A DNA stretch of 21,882 nt from the NCBI GenBank assembly GCA_040905425.1, contig JBBDRO010000083.1, forward strand, positions 1 to 21,882. Reading direction: 5' to 3'. This document shows positions 1 through 7,108 of this stretch, in pieces (the stretch's first letter is position 1; each line of letters starts with the position of its first letter). Both the position numbers and the translations under genes were made by a program. The stretch comes from Gemmatimonadota bacterium. Lineage in GTDB: Bacteria; Gemmatimonadota; Gemmatimonadetes; Longimicrobiales; RSA9. Under the pieces are notes generated by a model, which did no database searches, was not told the DNA's origin, and was given only the letters and a program-made list of their open reading frames with translations.

Positions 1-1409
1 CTGCGCGCACGCATGGTCTGCGGCCCTAGCGTCAGCACGACACCCGTGACGCTGCCGTCCGCGTCCGACTCGAAGCGGATGCCGACGCCGGCCTGCACGC
101 GGATCGTGAACTCATCCGCCGTCAGCGCGTACATCTCCGCCTCACCCTCGCCGGGCACATTGATGAACGCACGGCCATCGTGCAGGAACACACGAACGTT
201 CACACCAGGCGCCAACTCGTAGCTGCCGACCAGCCGCTCGAGCGCGGCGCGCTCGAGCGTGATGAAGCGGGGCAGGGTGGCCGGCGGCAGCTGACTCGCG
301 AGTGGCGTGGGCGTCAGTGACGTGAGCCTGGGCTGTGCGACCGGATCGCCCGTGCGCGCGGCGAGGATGCGCTCGGCCAGGCCCCACGCGTGGGCGCCGA
401 TGACCGGGCGGTTGTTGTCCGTGTCGCCACGGTGCACGATCACCAGTTCGGCCGCCGGGATCACAAAGATCGCCTGGCCGCCGGTGCCGCGCGCCATGTA
501 CAGATCGACCGCGCTCAGGTTCGGGTAGCCATCACCCAGCGCCGCGGCGCCGGCCTCGTACGTCCACCACATCCAGCCGTAGCCGCTGCCGTCGTCGAAC
601 TGGCTATGGGCGCGCGTGCTCTCACGGATCCACTCCGCAGGCAGCACCTGCCGATCGCCCCACCGGCCGCGCTGCAGATACAGTTGACCGAACCGCGCCA
701 TGTCGCGCGCCGACACACTGAACGTGTGCGCGGGATGCCGCGAGCGACTCGGCTCCAGCACGCGCAGGCCGTCCGCCGGCCGGTAGTCCTCCATCCCCGC
801 CGGCTGGGCGATGCGCGCGTCGAACAGCTCGTACAGGTCCGAGCCCGTGGCACGCTCGATGATCACGCCGGCCACATTGAAGTCCCAGTTGTTGTAGAAC
901 CAGTGAGTGCCCGGCGCATGCGAACCGCGCTTCGGCCGGGTCTCGTCCTGGTCGTTCGGGGCGTACGCAGCAGGCAGATACACGCCGGATCGAGCCGCCA
1001 CGAGGTCGCGTAAGCGAGCACTCCGCTCCGTTTCCGTCAGGCCCGCGATGTCGTCGATCCCGTGATCGGCGAGTGTGGCGTCCAGACTAAGTTCGCCACG
1101 CGCCACGGCTGTGCCGTACAGCGCGCTGACGAAACCTTTGCGCACCGAATGCGCAGGGATCCTGCGTGCCACGTCACCCCACGCCGCAATCACGTGCCCA
1201 CGATACACCGCCACGACCGCGGCCGAGCCGACACTGTCCGCGTACGTCCGTGCCGAGGCGAGCAGCGTGGCCGAGAAGCCGGCTTCCGCCGCGTCGGCGT
1301 ACTGCTGCCACGCATCCCCGCCGCCCACCTGCGCCCTGACGGGCTCGTGCGTAACCAGGGCAGCTGCCGCAGCCGCACACAGCATGGCCGTCCGTCTGAT
1401 GGTTCTCAC
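1..1409 (-). CDS. Secreted serine hydrolase of the beta-lactamase/PBP family (class C-like) with a probable C-terminal DUF3471-like domain; 3' end runs off the window
   Basis: Not in the ORF track because its stop lies outside the window; translated by hand. GTG at 1409 with GGAGAG RBS 6 nt upstream. Signal-like start MRTIRRTAMLCAAAAAALVTHEPVRAQ, SxxK motif (HSVRK, Ser at 1146-1148), YxN motif (WFYNN), SARDMARFGQLYL and GYGWMWW segments, C-terminal LERLVGSYEL segment. Confidence 0.9.
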   Translation of the reverse strand, partial: MRTIRRTAMLCAAAAAALVTHEPVRAQVGGGDAWQQYADAAEAGFSATLLASARTYADSVGSAAVVAVYRGHVIAAWGDVARRIPAHSVRKGFVSALYGTAVARGELSLDATLADHGIDDIAGLTETERSARLRDLVAARSGVYLPAAYAPNDQDETRPKRGSHAPGTHWFYNNWDFNVAGVIIERATGSDLYELFDARIAQPAGMEDYRPADGLRVLEPSRSRHPAHTFSVSARDMARFGQLYLQRGRWGDRQVLPAEWIRESTRAHSQFDDGSGYGWMWWTYEAGAAALGDGYPNLSAVDLYMARGTGGQAIFVIPAAELVIVHRGDTDNNRPVIGAHAWGLAERILAARTGDPVAQPRLTSLTPTPLASQLPPATLPRFITLERAALERLVGSYELAPGVNVRVFLHDGRAFINVPGEGEAEMYALTADEFTIRVQAGVGIRFESDADGSVTGVVLTLGPQTMRAR

Positions 1410-1432
1410 ATTGCACTCTCCGCCGGAGTAAT

Positions 1433-1450
1433 GATTACAGTTGTAAGATA
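1433..1450 (-). promoter_or_regulatory. BlaI-type operator TTACA-N2-TGTAA (1435-1446) overlapping a -10-like TATCTT upstream of the serine hydrolase
   Basis: Minus strand reads TATCTTACAACTGTAATC. TACA-N2-TGTA is the established BlaI/MecI/CopY box, and a second copy lies upstream of the BlaI gene. Confidence 0.8.
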
Positions 1451-1488
1451 TACGTGCGGGGCACGGTTCTGGTTTCAGCGTTCGCTGT

Positions 1489-2574
1489 CTACGGCAGGAT
1501 TTCGATGGAGCGCAGGCTTCGGGTGACTTCACGCATGCGGATCATGTCGGGCCCTGGCTCGGCACGCGATGGACGCAGCGAGGGGATGGAGTTGGCGGCG
1601 TCGTCGGGCGAGAAGTTGACGCCGGGCCCCACGGCCAGGCACAGGCCGAGCAGGAGTGTGATGAGCGCCGCCGCGGTGCGCGGCCGGACATCGCACGGCG
1701 TGGCTGTGCCGCTGTCGAGGATGACTCGGATGCGCTGCACCAGCGGTGAGCCGCTGGCGGCCGTGTGCGTTGCAGCGCCACGCAGTTCGAACGCGGCGAG
1801 TGCGCGTGTGGCAAGATGCTCGAGTGCGAGCGCGAGTGAGCGAGCGTCGCCGGTGGTGCGCACGGCGTGCGCGTCTGCAGCGAACTCGCTCGCGGTGCGC
1901 AGCCGCGCGAGCGCACCGCGATTCAGCGGCTGGAAGGAGCACAGCCGGGTGATGAAGTGCGCCAGGCCGCACCAGAGCGGGTCGCGCCGCACGATGTGCG
2001 CGAATTCGTGCGCGAGCAGCGCATCCTGCTGCGCGGCTGGCAGCAGATCGAACCCATCCGGTACGCAGATCTCGGCGGACGCGAGGACCACCGGGGACAC
2101 GATTCGATGCGACGTCGTCAGCAGCGGCATTCGTCGCATACCTGATGTTCGCCGGCACAGCGAGCGCAGTCGACGCGTCAGCGCGGGATCGCGGCACGGC
2201 CGGCGAAGAGCCAGCGCGGCCTGACCACGCAGCTCGGCGCGCAGCGCGCCCACCGCGCGCATGCCGATGAGTACACACCAGGCGGCCACAACGAGCAATG
2301 CGAGCAGCGGTCGAGGACCGAGCACCGCTCCGGCCGGCGCGGCACTCATGCGGAACGGGCTGCCGAATGGCAGGCTCGTGTGGATCGAGGCGGTCAGCAC
2401 GGGGCCGAAGATGGCGGTCCGCCACACGACCGCGTGCAGGGCAGGCTGAACGCGCAGACGTTCAATGCCGTGCGCGATCAGGATCAGCACGGTGCTGTGC
2501 AGCAGGTACGTGATGAGCCACGCACCAACGGCATGCGCGAGCACCACTGCCGCGACCTGCACGGTAATCGGCAT
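1489..2574 (-). CDS. M56 family (BlaR1/MecR1-like) membrane zinc metallopeptidase, 361 aa, lacking a penicillin-binding sensor domain
   Basis: N-terminal hydrophobic helices, LLAHEFAHIVRRD (HExxH), SEFAAD third-ligand segment, SPLVQRI, one further TM and a short tail. Its ATG overlaps the BlaI stop (TGATG). Confidence 0.9.
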   Translation of the reverse strand: MPITVQVAAVVLAHAVGAWLITYLLHSTVLILIAHGIERLRVQPALHAVVWRTAIFGPVLTASIHTSLPFGSPFRMSAAPAGAVLGPRPLLALLVVAAWCVLIGMRAVGALRAELRGQAALALRRPCRDPALTRRLRSLCRRTSGMRRMPLLTTSHRIVSPVVLASAEICVPDGFDLLPAAQQDALLAHEFAHIVRRDPLWCGLAHFITRLCSFQPLNRGALARLRTASEFAADAHAVRTTGDARSLALALEHLATRALAAFELRGAATHTAASGSPLVQRIRVILDSGTATPCDVRPRTAAALITLLLGLCLAVGPGVNFSPDDAANSIPSLRPSRAEPGPDMIRMREVTRSLRSIEILP

Positions 2575-2990
2575 CAGTCGCGCTTCTGCCGGGTGCGCCG
2601 CGTGCCGTGACCCGAGCGCGCATCGTGCGCGTCGAGCAGTTCACGGATCGCGGTCAGGTCACCCGGAGCAACGTCCTCAGCTTGCAGCGCGTAGCTGACC
2701 AGGGCCGGCAGCTCGCGTTGGAACAGGTGGTCGATGACGCCGTCGACGGCGGCCTTCCGGGCGTCGCTGCGCGTGACACACGCCCGATACACGAACTCGC
2801 GGCCATCCTCGCGATGCGTGATCACGCCCTCCTTGTCGAGCCGGTGCATCAACGTGCCGGTGGTCTTGCGGGCGTGACCGGTGTCGGCTTCCAGGGCCTC
2901 ATGGACCTCGCGCACGGTGGCCTCGCCGTGGTCCCAGAGCACGCCGAGGATGGCCAGCTGATGACCGGATAGTCTGCCGAGATCCTTCAA
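2574..2990 (-). CDS. BlaI/MecI/CopY family transcriptional repressor, about 138 aa
   Basis: QLAILGVLWDHGEATVREVHEAL...KTTGTLMHRLDKEG...GREFVY winged-helix pattern. Start placed at TTG 2990 (GGGAG RBS upstream) rather than 3089, because the longer ORF runs through the promoter and operator. Confidence 0.92.
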   Translation of the reverse strand: MKDLGRLSGHQLAILGVLWDHGEATVREVHEALEADTGHARKTTGTLMHRLDKEGVITHREDGREFVYRACVTRSDARKAAVDGVIDHLFQRELPALVSYALQAEDVAPGDLTAIRELLDAHDARSGHGTRRTRQKRD

Positions 2991-3013
2991 GCGTTCTGTC
3001 TCCCGGGTGGGTG

Positions 3014-3055
3014 GATTACACGTGTAATCTAAGGCGGTGGAGAGGCAGGCGGCAA
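3014..3055 (-). promoter_or_regulatory. blaI promoter (TTGCCG-N18-TAGATT) with a perfect palindromic operator GATTACACGTGTAATC (3014-3029)
   Basis: -35 at 3050-3055 and -10 at 3026-3031 on the minus strand. The -10 overlaps the 16-bp palindrome containing TACA-N2-TGTA. Confidence 0.8.
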
Positions 3056-3182
3056 GTACCTCCCGGAGTCCCCAGGGCGCATAGCTCACGCCGTCGATAT
3101 CGTTACCCGGTTCGCAGGGCCGCTGTCCGTTGCTCCGACCCTACCTCCATCCTACCTTACATTCATCCCTCCCTATGCCAAT

Positions 3183-3220
3183 GCATGGCCAGGCCCACGC
3201 CCGGCCGTGCGTTTTTTTTT
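3183..3220 (+). terminator. Intrinsic terminator-like hairpin plus T9 located upstream of the adh start (attenuator or end of an sRNA)
   Basis: GCATGGCC-A-GGC-(CCAC)-GCC-C-GGCCGTGC stem (one G-U pair, one mismatch) followed by G and nine T, ending 21 nt before the GTG. Confidence 0.7.
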
Positions 3221-3241
3221 GTCTCCGCCCCGGGAGGAATC

Positions 3242-4297
3242 GTGAAGGCCTTCGTAATGAACCGCATCGGCCAGGTAGGCGTCATCGACAAGGACCGACC
3301 GGCGTGCGGACCTCTGGACGCCATACTCCGGCCCACCAAGGGGCTTATCTGCACCTCCGACGTCCACACCGTCCACGGTGCCATCGGTGAACGCGAGGAC
3401 CTGACCCTCGGCCATGAGGTGGTGGGCATCGTGGACGAGGTGGGGGAGTATGTCACCCGCTTCAAGAAAGGGGATCGCGTGGTCGTGGGCGCCATCACCC
3501 CCGACTGGGGAAGCGACGCCGCCCAGGCCGGCCACTCCTCCCAGTCCGGCGGTGCGCTGGGCGGTTGGAAGTTCGCCAACCTGAAGGACGGGACCTTCGC
3601 GGAGTTCGTGCACGTGAACGAGGCCGACGCCAATCTGGCCCTCATCCCCGAGGGCGTCACCGATGAAGCCGCCGCCTACTGCTGCGACATGCTCAGCACT
3701 GGCTTCATGGCCGCGGAGAACGCCCGCATCCCCATGGGCGGCACGGTGGTGGTCTTCGCCCAGGGACCGGTGGGCCTCATGGCCACCGCCGGTGCCCGGC
3801 TCCTGGGCGCGGGGCTCATCATAGCGGTGGAAACCGTCCCCAAGCGGCAGGAGCTGGCCATGACCTACGGGGCCGACGTGGTCATCGACTTCGAGAAGGA
3901 GGACGTGGTGGAGAAGATCCTGGAGCTCACCCATGGGGAGGGCGTGGACGCCTCCATGGAAGCGCTTGGCTCCAGTGACCTCATAGCCCAGTGCATCAAG
4001 GTCACCAAGCCTGGGGGGCGCATTTCCAACGCCGGGTACCACGGTGAGGGGGAGTTCATCCAGCTCCCCCGGATCGAATGGGGGGTGGGGATGGCCGAGA
4101 AGGATCTGGTGACGGGCCTCTGCCCCGGTGGCCACCTGCGCATGTCCCGGCTCGTGCGCCTGCTGGAGAACGGGCGCCTCGACCCCACCCTCATGACCAC
4201 CCACACCTTCCCTTTCGCGGAGATCGAGAAGGCGTTCCACATGATGGAGTCGAAGGAGGACGGCGTGATCAAGCCACTGATCGAGTTCGACGCCTGA
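3242..4297 (+). CDS. adh: Zn-dependent NAD(P)-dependent secondary alcohol dehydrogenase (MDR family, TbADH/isopropanol dehydrogenase-like), 351 aa
   Basis: GTG 3242 with GGAGGA RBS. CTSDVH, LGHE, GDRVVVGAITPDW, GWKFAN.KDG.F.EF.HVN.AD.NLA, DM.STGF, EWG.GMA.K and GLCPGG..RM segments follow the Thermoanaerobacter/Clostridium secondary ADH pattern. No four-Cys structural Zn loop. Confidence 0.93.
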   Translation: MKAFVMNRIGQVGVIDKDRPACGPLDAILRPTKGLICTSDVHTVHGAIGEREDLTLGHEVVGIVDEVGEYVTRFKKGDRVVVGAITPDWGSDAAQAGHSSQSGGALGGWKFANLKDGTFAEFVHVNEADANLALIPEGVTDEAAAYCCDMLSTGFMAAENARIPMGGTVVVFAQGPVGLMATAGARLLGAGLIIAVETVPKRQELAMTYGADVVIDFEKEDVVEKILELTHGEGVDASMEALGSSDLIAQCIKVTKPGGRISNAGYHGEGEFIQLPRIEWGVGMAEKDLVTGLCPGGHLRMSRLVRLLENGRLDPTLMTTHTFPFAEIEKAFHMMESKEDGVIKPLIEFDA

Positions 4298-4399
4298 GGG
4301 GTCAGCCCGTCACGGACTGATGCCGATCGCGGCCATCCCCGCGCGGACAGCCTGAGCGTCCTGGGCGGCGCGCGTTGCGTTTCCCGGGACACCGTTCGC

Positions 4400-4446
4400 T
4401 TGACGTACCCCTTCTAATGTCTTAGTGTATGAGTGTACCGAGACAC
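4400..4446 (+). promoter_or_regulatory. sigma70 promoter TTGACG-N17-TAGTGT overlapped by a candidate YtrA-family operator GTGTATGAGTGTACCGAGACAC (4425-4446)
   Basis: -35 at 4400-4405, -10 at 4423-4428. GTGT-N14-ACAC inverted repeat with an internal AGTGTA direct repeat, upstream of an operon encoding a YtrA-type GntR. Confidence 0.7.
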
Positions 4447-4458
4447 CGGGAGGGAAGA

Positions 4459-5748
4459 ATGGTAGCTTTCGACACCAGGACGGCAATGCTCACGGGCGGG
4501 CTGGTACTGGCCTTGCTCATCGCCGGCTGCGCCGACGGGCAGGCACGCACGGCCTTTACCGTGGCGGTGCGGGACAGCGCCGGCGTGCAGATCGTGGAGA
4601 ACCGCGGCGCGGAGGTGCCCGATTCCATGGTGCTCCGTGAGGTGGTAGAGGAGATGCGCATCGGTACGGTAGATGGACCCGCGGAGACGCAGCTTCATCT
4701 GGTCATGGACGTGACCGAAGATGACACCGGGCGCATCTACCTGACGGACAACGGCAGCGTGAGCGTGAAGGTATTCGCACCGGATGGGGCCTACCTGCGC
4801 GCCTTCGGTGGCCCGGGCAACGGGCCGGGAGAATTCCCCCGCGCCGTTGTCTTCACGTGGCTCCGCGGGGACACAGTCAACGTCATGGCGGTCGGCGAAC
4901 GACACCGTCGGGTCGTGGCCTTCAGTGGCGCCGGAGAGGCCATTGCCACCCGCGAAGCTGTCCTGCCGTCCGGCGCGTCCTTCTACCAGATCCGCGGCGG
5001 TGGTCCGGGCGGCTGGCTCGCGGTCCAGAATGACCAGTCCACTGACCCGGGCGCCGATGCCTCGGATCTCCTCGTTTGGGTGGACCTGGCGCGGGGCACG
5101 GTCCTGGACACCGTGGTCCGGGTGCCCACCCGAACCACCTATCGGATCAGCGAGCAGGCCGGGAGCGACTGGCCCCTCTTCGCTCCCTTTCCCGACTGGC
5201 AGGTGGCGCCCGATGGCAAGGTGATCATGCACGCCGGTGGCCCGTACGAATACAGGGTGCACGCCGCCGATGGGAGCCTTGTGCGCGTCGTGCGCCGGCA
5301 ATGGGCCGCCCGGCCTGTGGACGATGCCGTGGTCGACCGCTACCGGCAGCTTCTCGGCGAGCGCTACGACACACGGATCGAGCGGCGCCTCGGCCTCCCG
5401 CGTCCGGATGTCTTCCCACCGCTGGGGTCCATGGTGGTCGGCGCTGATGGGAGCGTCTGGATCCGCCGCAACGACCAGCTCCATGCGGACGTGGCACGCA
5501 CCGAATGGCTCTTCACCCTCGACCGGGAGGCCGCCGCCGGCCGCGGCGTGGACGTGCCGGCGCGCTGGGACGTGTTCGACGCGGAGGGCCGCTTTCTGGC
5601 CGCCGTGGAACTGCCCGCGCGCTTCACGCCCCACGTCGTGGACGGTGACCGCGTCACCGGCGTGCAGCTCGATGACATGGACGTGGAGTACGTGGTGCGC
5701 TATCGCGTCGAAGGCCTGGATGCCTACCACACCCTCGGCAGGGACTAG
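4459..5748 (+). CDS. 6-bladed beta-propeller (NHL/TolB-like) lipoprotein
   Basis: ATG 4459 with GGGAGGG RBS; lipobox LIAG-C; repeats DDTGRIYLTD, VKVFAPDGAYLRAFGGPGNGPGEF, GADGSVWI, WDVFDAEGRFL. Confidence 0.85.
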   Translation: MVAFDTRTAMLTGGLVLALLIAGCADGQARTAFTVAVRDSAGVQIVENRGAEVPDSMVLREVVEEMRIGTVDGPAETQLHLVMDVTEDDTGRIYLTDNGSVSVKVFAPDGAYLRAFGGPGNGPGEFPRAVVFTWLRGDTVNVMAVGERHRRVVAFSGAGEAIATREAVLPSGASFYQIRGGGPGGWLAVQNDQSTDPGADASDLLVWVDLARGTVLDTVVRVPTRTTYRISEQAGSDWPLFAPFPDWQVAPDGKVIMHAGGPYEYRVHAADGSLVRVVRRQWAARPVDDAVVDRYRQLLGERYDTRIERRLGLPRPDVFPPLGSMVVGADGSVWIRRNDQLHADVARTEWLFTLDREAAAGRGVDVPARWDVFDAEGRFLAAVELPARFTPHVVDGDRVTGVQLDDMDVEYVVRYRVEGLDAYHTLGRD

Positions 5749-5756
5749 GAGACCCC

Positions 5757-6149
5757 ATGCTCATCCACATCGATCCGGCCGAGGACCGCCCCATCTACCA
5801 GCAGATCATGGACGAGGTGCAGCGCGCCCGCGTCATGGGCACGCTGCCGCCTGACGGAGCGCTGCCCTCGGTGCGCCAGCTGGCGGGTGAGCTGCGCGTC
5901 AATCCGAACACCGTGCAGCAGGCCTACCGGGAGTTGGAGCGGGAGGGGGCCGTGTACGTGAAGCGCGGGCAGGGCACCTTCGCCGCGGCGCTGGAGGGCT
6001 CCGCGGGGGCCCGGCGCCGGCTCCTGGCGGAGGTGGCCGGACGGGCGCTCCGCGACGCGCATCGGCATGGCTTCTCGGCCGACGAACTGGCGGAGGCGGT
6101 GCGTGCGGCAAACCCTGAGCGGCCCCGCCGGGCAAGGAGGCACGCATGA
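5757..6149 (+). CDS. GntR family transcriptional regulator, YtrA subfamily
   Basis: PIYQQI...LPSVRQLAGELRVNPNTVQQAYRELEREG.V..KRGQGTF; short C-terminal helices; AGGAG RBS; directly upstream of an ABC ATPase. Confidence 0.95.
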   Translation: MLIHIDPAEDRPIYQQIMDEVQRARVMGTLPPDGALPSVRQLAGELRVNPNTVQQAYRELEREGAVYVKRGQGTFAAALEGSAGARRRLLAEVAGRALRDAHRHGFSADELAEAVRAANPERPRRARRHA

Positions 6150-7108
6150 GCGCGTCCACGCTGGCGCCGCCGGCGCTGGCGGGCGTGCTGCCGCAGCGGC
6201 TCGAGGCGGACGCTCCGGCCGTGGCCACGGCGGGGCTCAGCAAGCGCTATGGCGCGCGCACCGCGCTGGAAGACGTGGACCTCACGGTCCCAGACGGCGC
6301 CGTCTACCTCCTGGCCGGGGCAAACGGGGCGGGGAAGACCAGCCTGCTGCGTATCCTCCAGGAGCTGGCCCGCCCCACCGCCGGTTCCGCCCGCGTGCTG
6401 GGCATCGATCCCGCCGCTGACGGCGCCGCCGTGCGCGCCCAGACGGGGTACGTGCCCGAGCGCCACGACGTACCGTACGGCACGCTGCGCGTAGGGCGGC
6501 TGGTAACGCACCACGCCGCGCACTACGCCAGCTGGGACGCGGCCTACGCGGCGCACCTCATGGCGCGCCTCGAGATCGAGCCCGAGCCGCGCTTCGCCGA
6601 GCTCTCCAAGGGGCAGGCGCGGCGCGTGCAGCTCCTGCTGGCGCTGGCGCACCGGCCGCGCCTCCTCCTCCTGGACGAACCCACCGACGGGCTGGACCCG
6701 CTGGTGCGGGACATGGTCCTTGAGCTGCTTGCCGAGCACCTGGCCGACCACCCCGCCACCGTGCTGGTGAGCACGCATCTGGTGGGGGAGGTGGATCGAC
6801 TGGCCGACCACGTGGGGGTGCTCACCAGGGGACACCTGCTGACGCAGATCTCCCGCGCGGAGCTGCACCGCCTGCTGCGCCGCTACCATTTCGAGGCGCC
6901 GGAGGACGGCACCGCGGCCGACGCGGGAGCGCTCCACGTGCTGCACCGCACGAACGGCGGCGCCGAGCGCGCCTGGACGGTGTGGGGAGCGGAGGCGGAG
7001 GTGGTGGCCCACCTGACGGCCGCCGGCTGCCGTGTGCGCCAGGTCGAACCGCTCCGGCTCGAGGAGGCCGCCGTGGCGCTGCTCCGTGCCGGTAGGGGGC
7101 GGCCATGA
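6146..7108 (+). CDS. ABC transporter ATP-binding protein (YtrB-like, ABC-2 type)
   Basis: Walker A GANGAGKT, signature LSKGQ, Walker B LLLLDEPT, H-loop STH; ATGA overlap with the GntR gene. Confidence 0.95.
   Translation: MSASTLAPPALAGVLPQRLEADAPAVATAGLSKRYGARTALEDVDLTVPDGAVYLLAGANGAGKTSLLRILQELARPTAGSARVLGIDPAADGAAVRAQTGYVPERHDVPYGTLRVGRLVTHHAAHYASWDAAYAAHLMARLEIEPEPRFAELSKGQARRVQLLLALAHRPRLLLLDEPTDGLDPLVRDMVLELLAEHLADHPATVLVSTHLVGEVDRLADHVGVLTRGHLLTQISRAELHRLLRRYHFEAPEDGTAADAGALHVLHRTNGGAERAWTVWGAEAEVVAHLTAAGCRVRQVEPLRLEEAAVALLRAGRGRP

Noticed and set aside
3075..3130. GGGCGCATAGCTCA resembles a tRNA 5' end (12/14 match to the tRNA-Ala here), with GGTTCGCA downstream
   Set aside because: D-arm, anticodon arm, T-stem and acceptor 3' strand cannot be formed; 14 nt is too short to call a pseudo-tRNA or att site, and no integrase is present.
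3177..3189. GCC-AATGCAT-GGC as an ANTAR-binding hairpin overlapping the terminator
   Set aside because: ANTAR sites need two tandem hairpins with 6-nt loops; the loop size is wrong and no second hairpin is present.
2991..3241. N-terminal ORF-track extensions of BlaI (to 3089) and ADH (from 3011), and ORF 3130..3390 as a leader peptide
   Set aside because: The extensions overlap each other and run through the operator and terminator; family similarity starts at 2990 and 3242. The 3130 ORF lacks an RBS and reads through the terminator into adh.
4301..4321. Hairpin GTCAG-C-CCG-TCA-CGG-A-CTGAT after the adh stop
   Set aside because: Imperfect stem with no U-tract; not enough to call a terminator.
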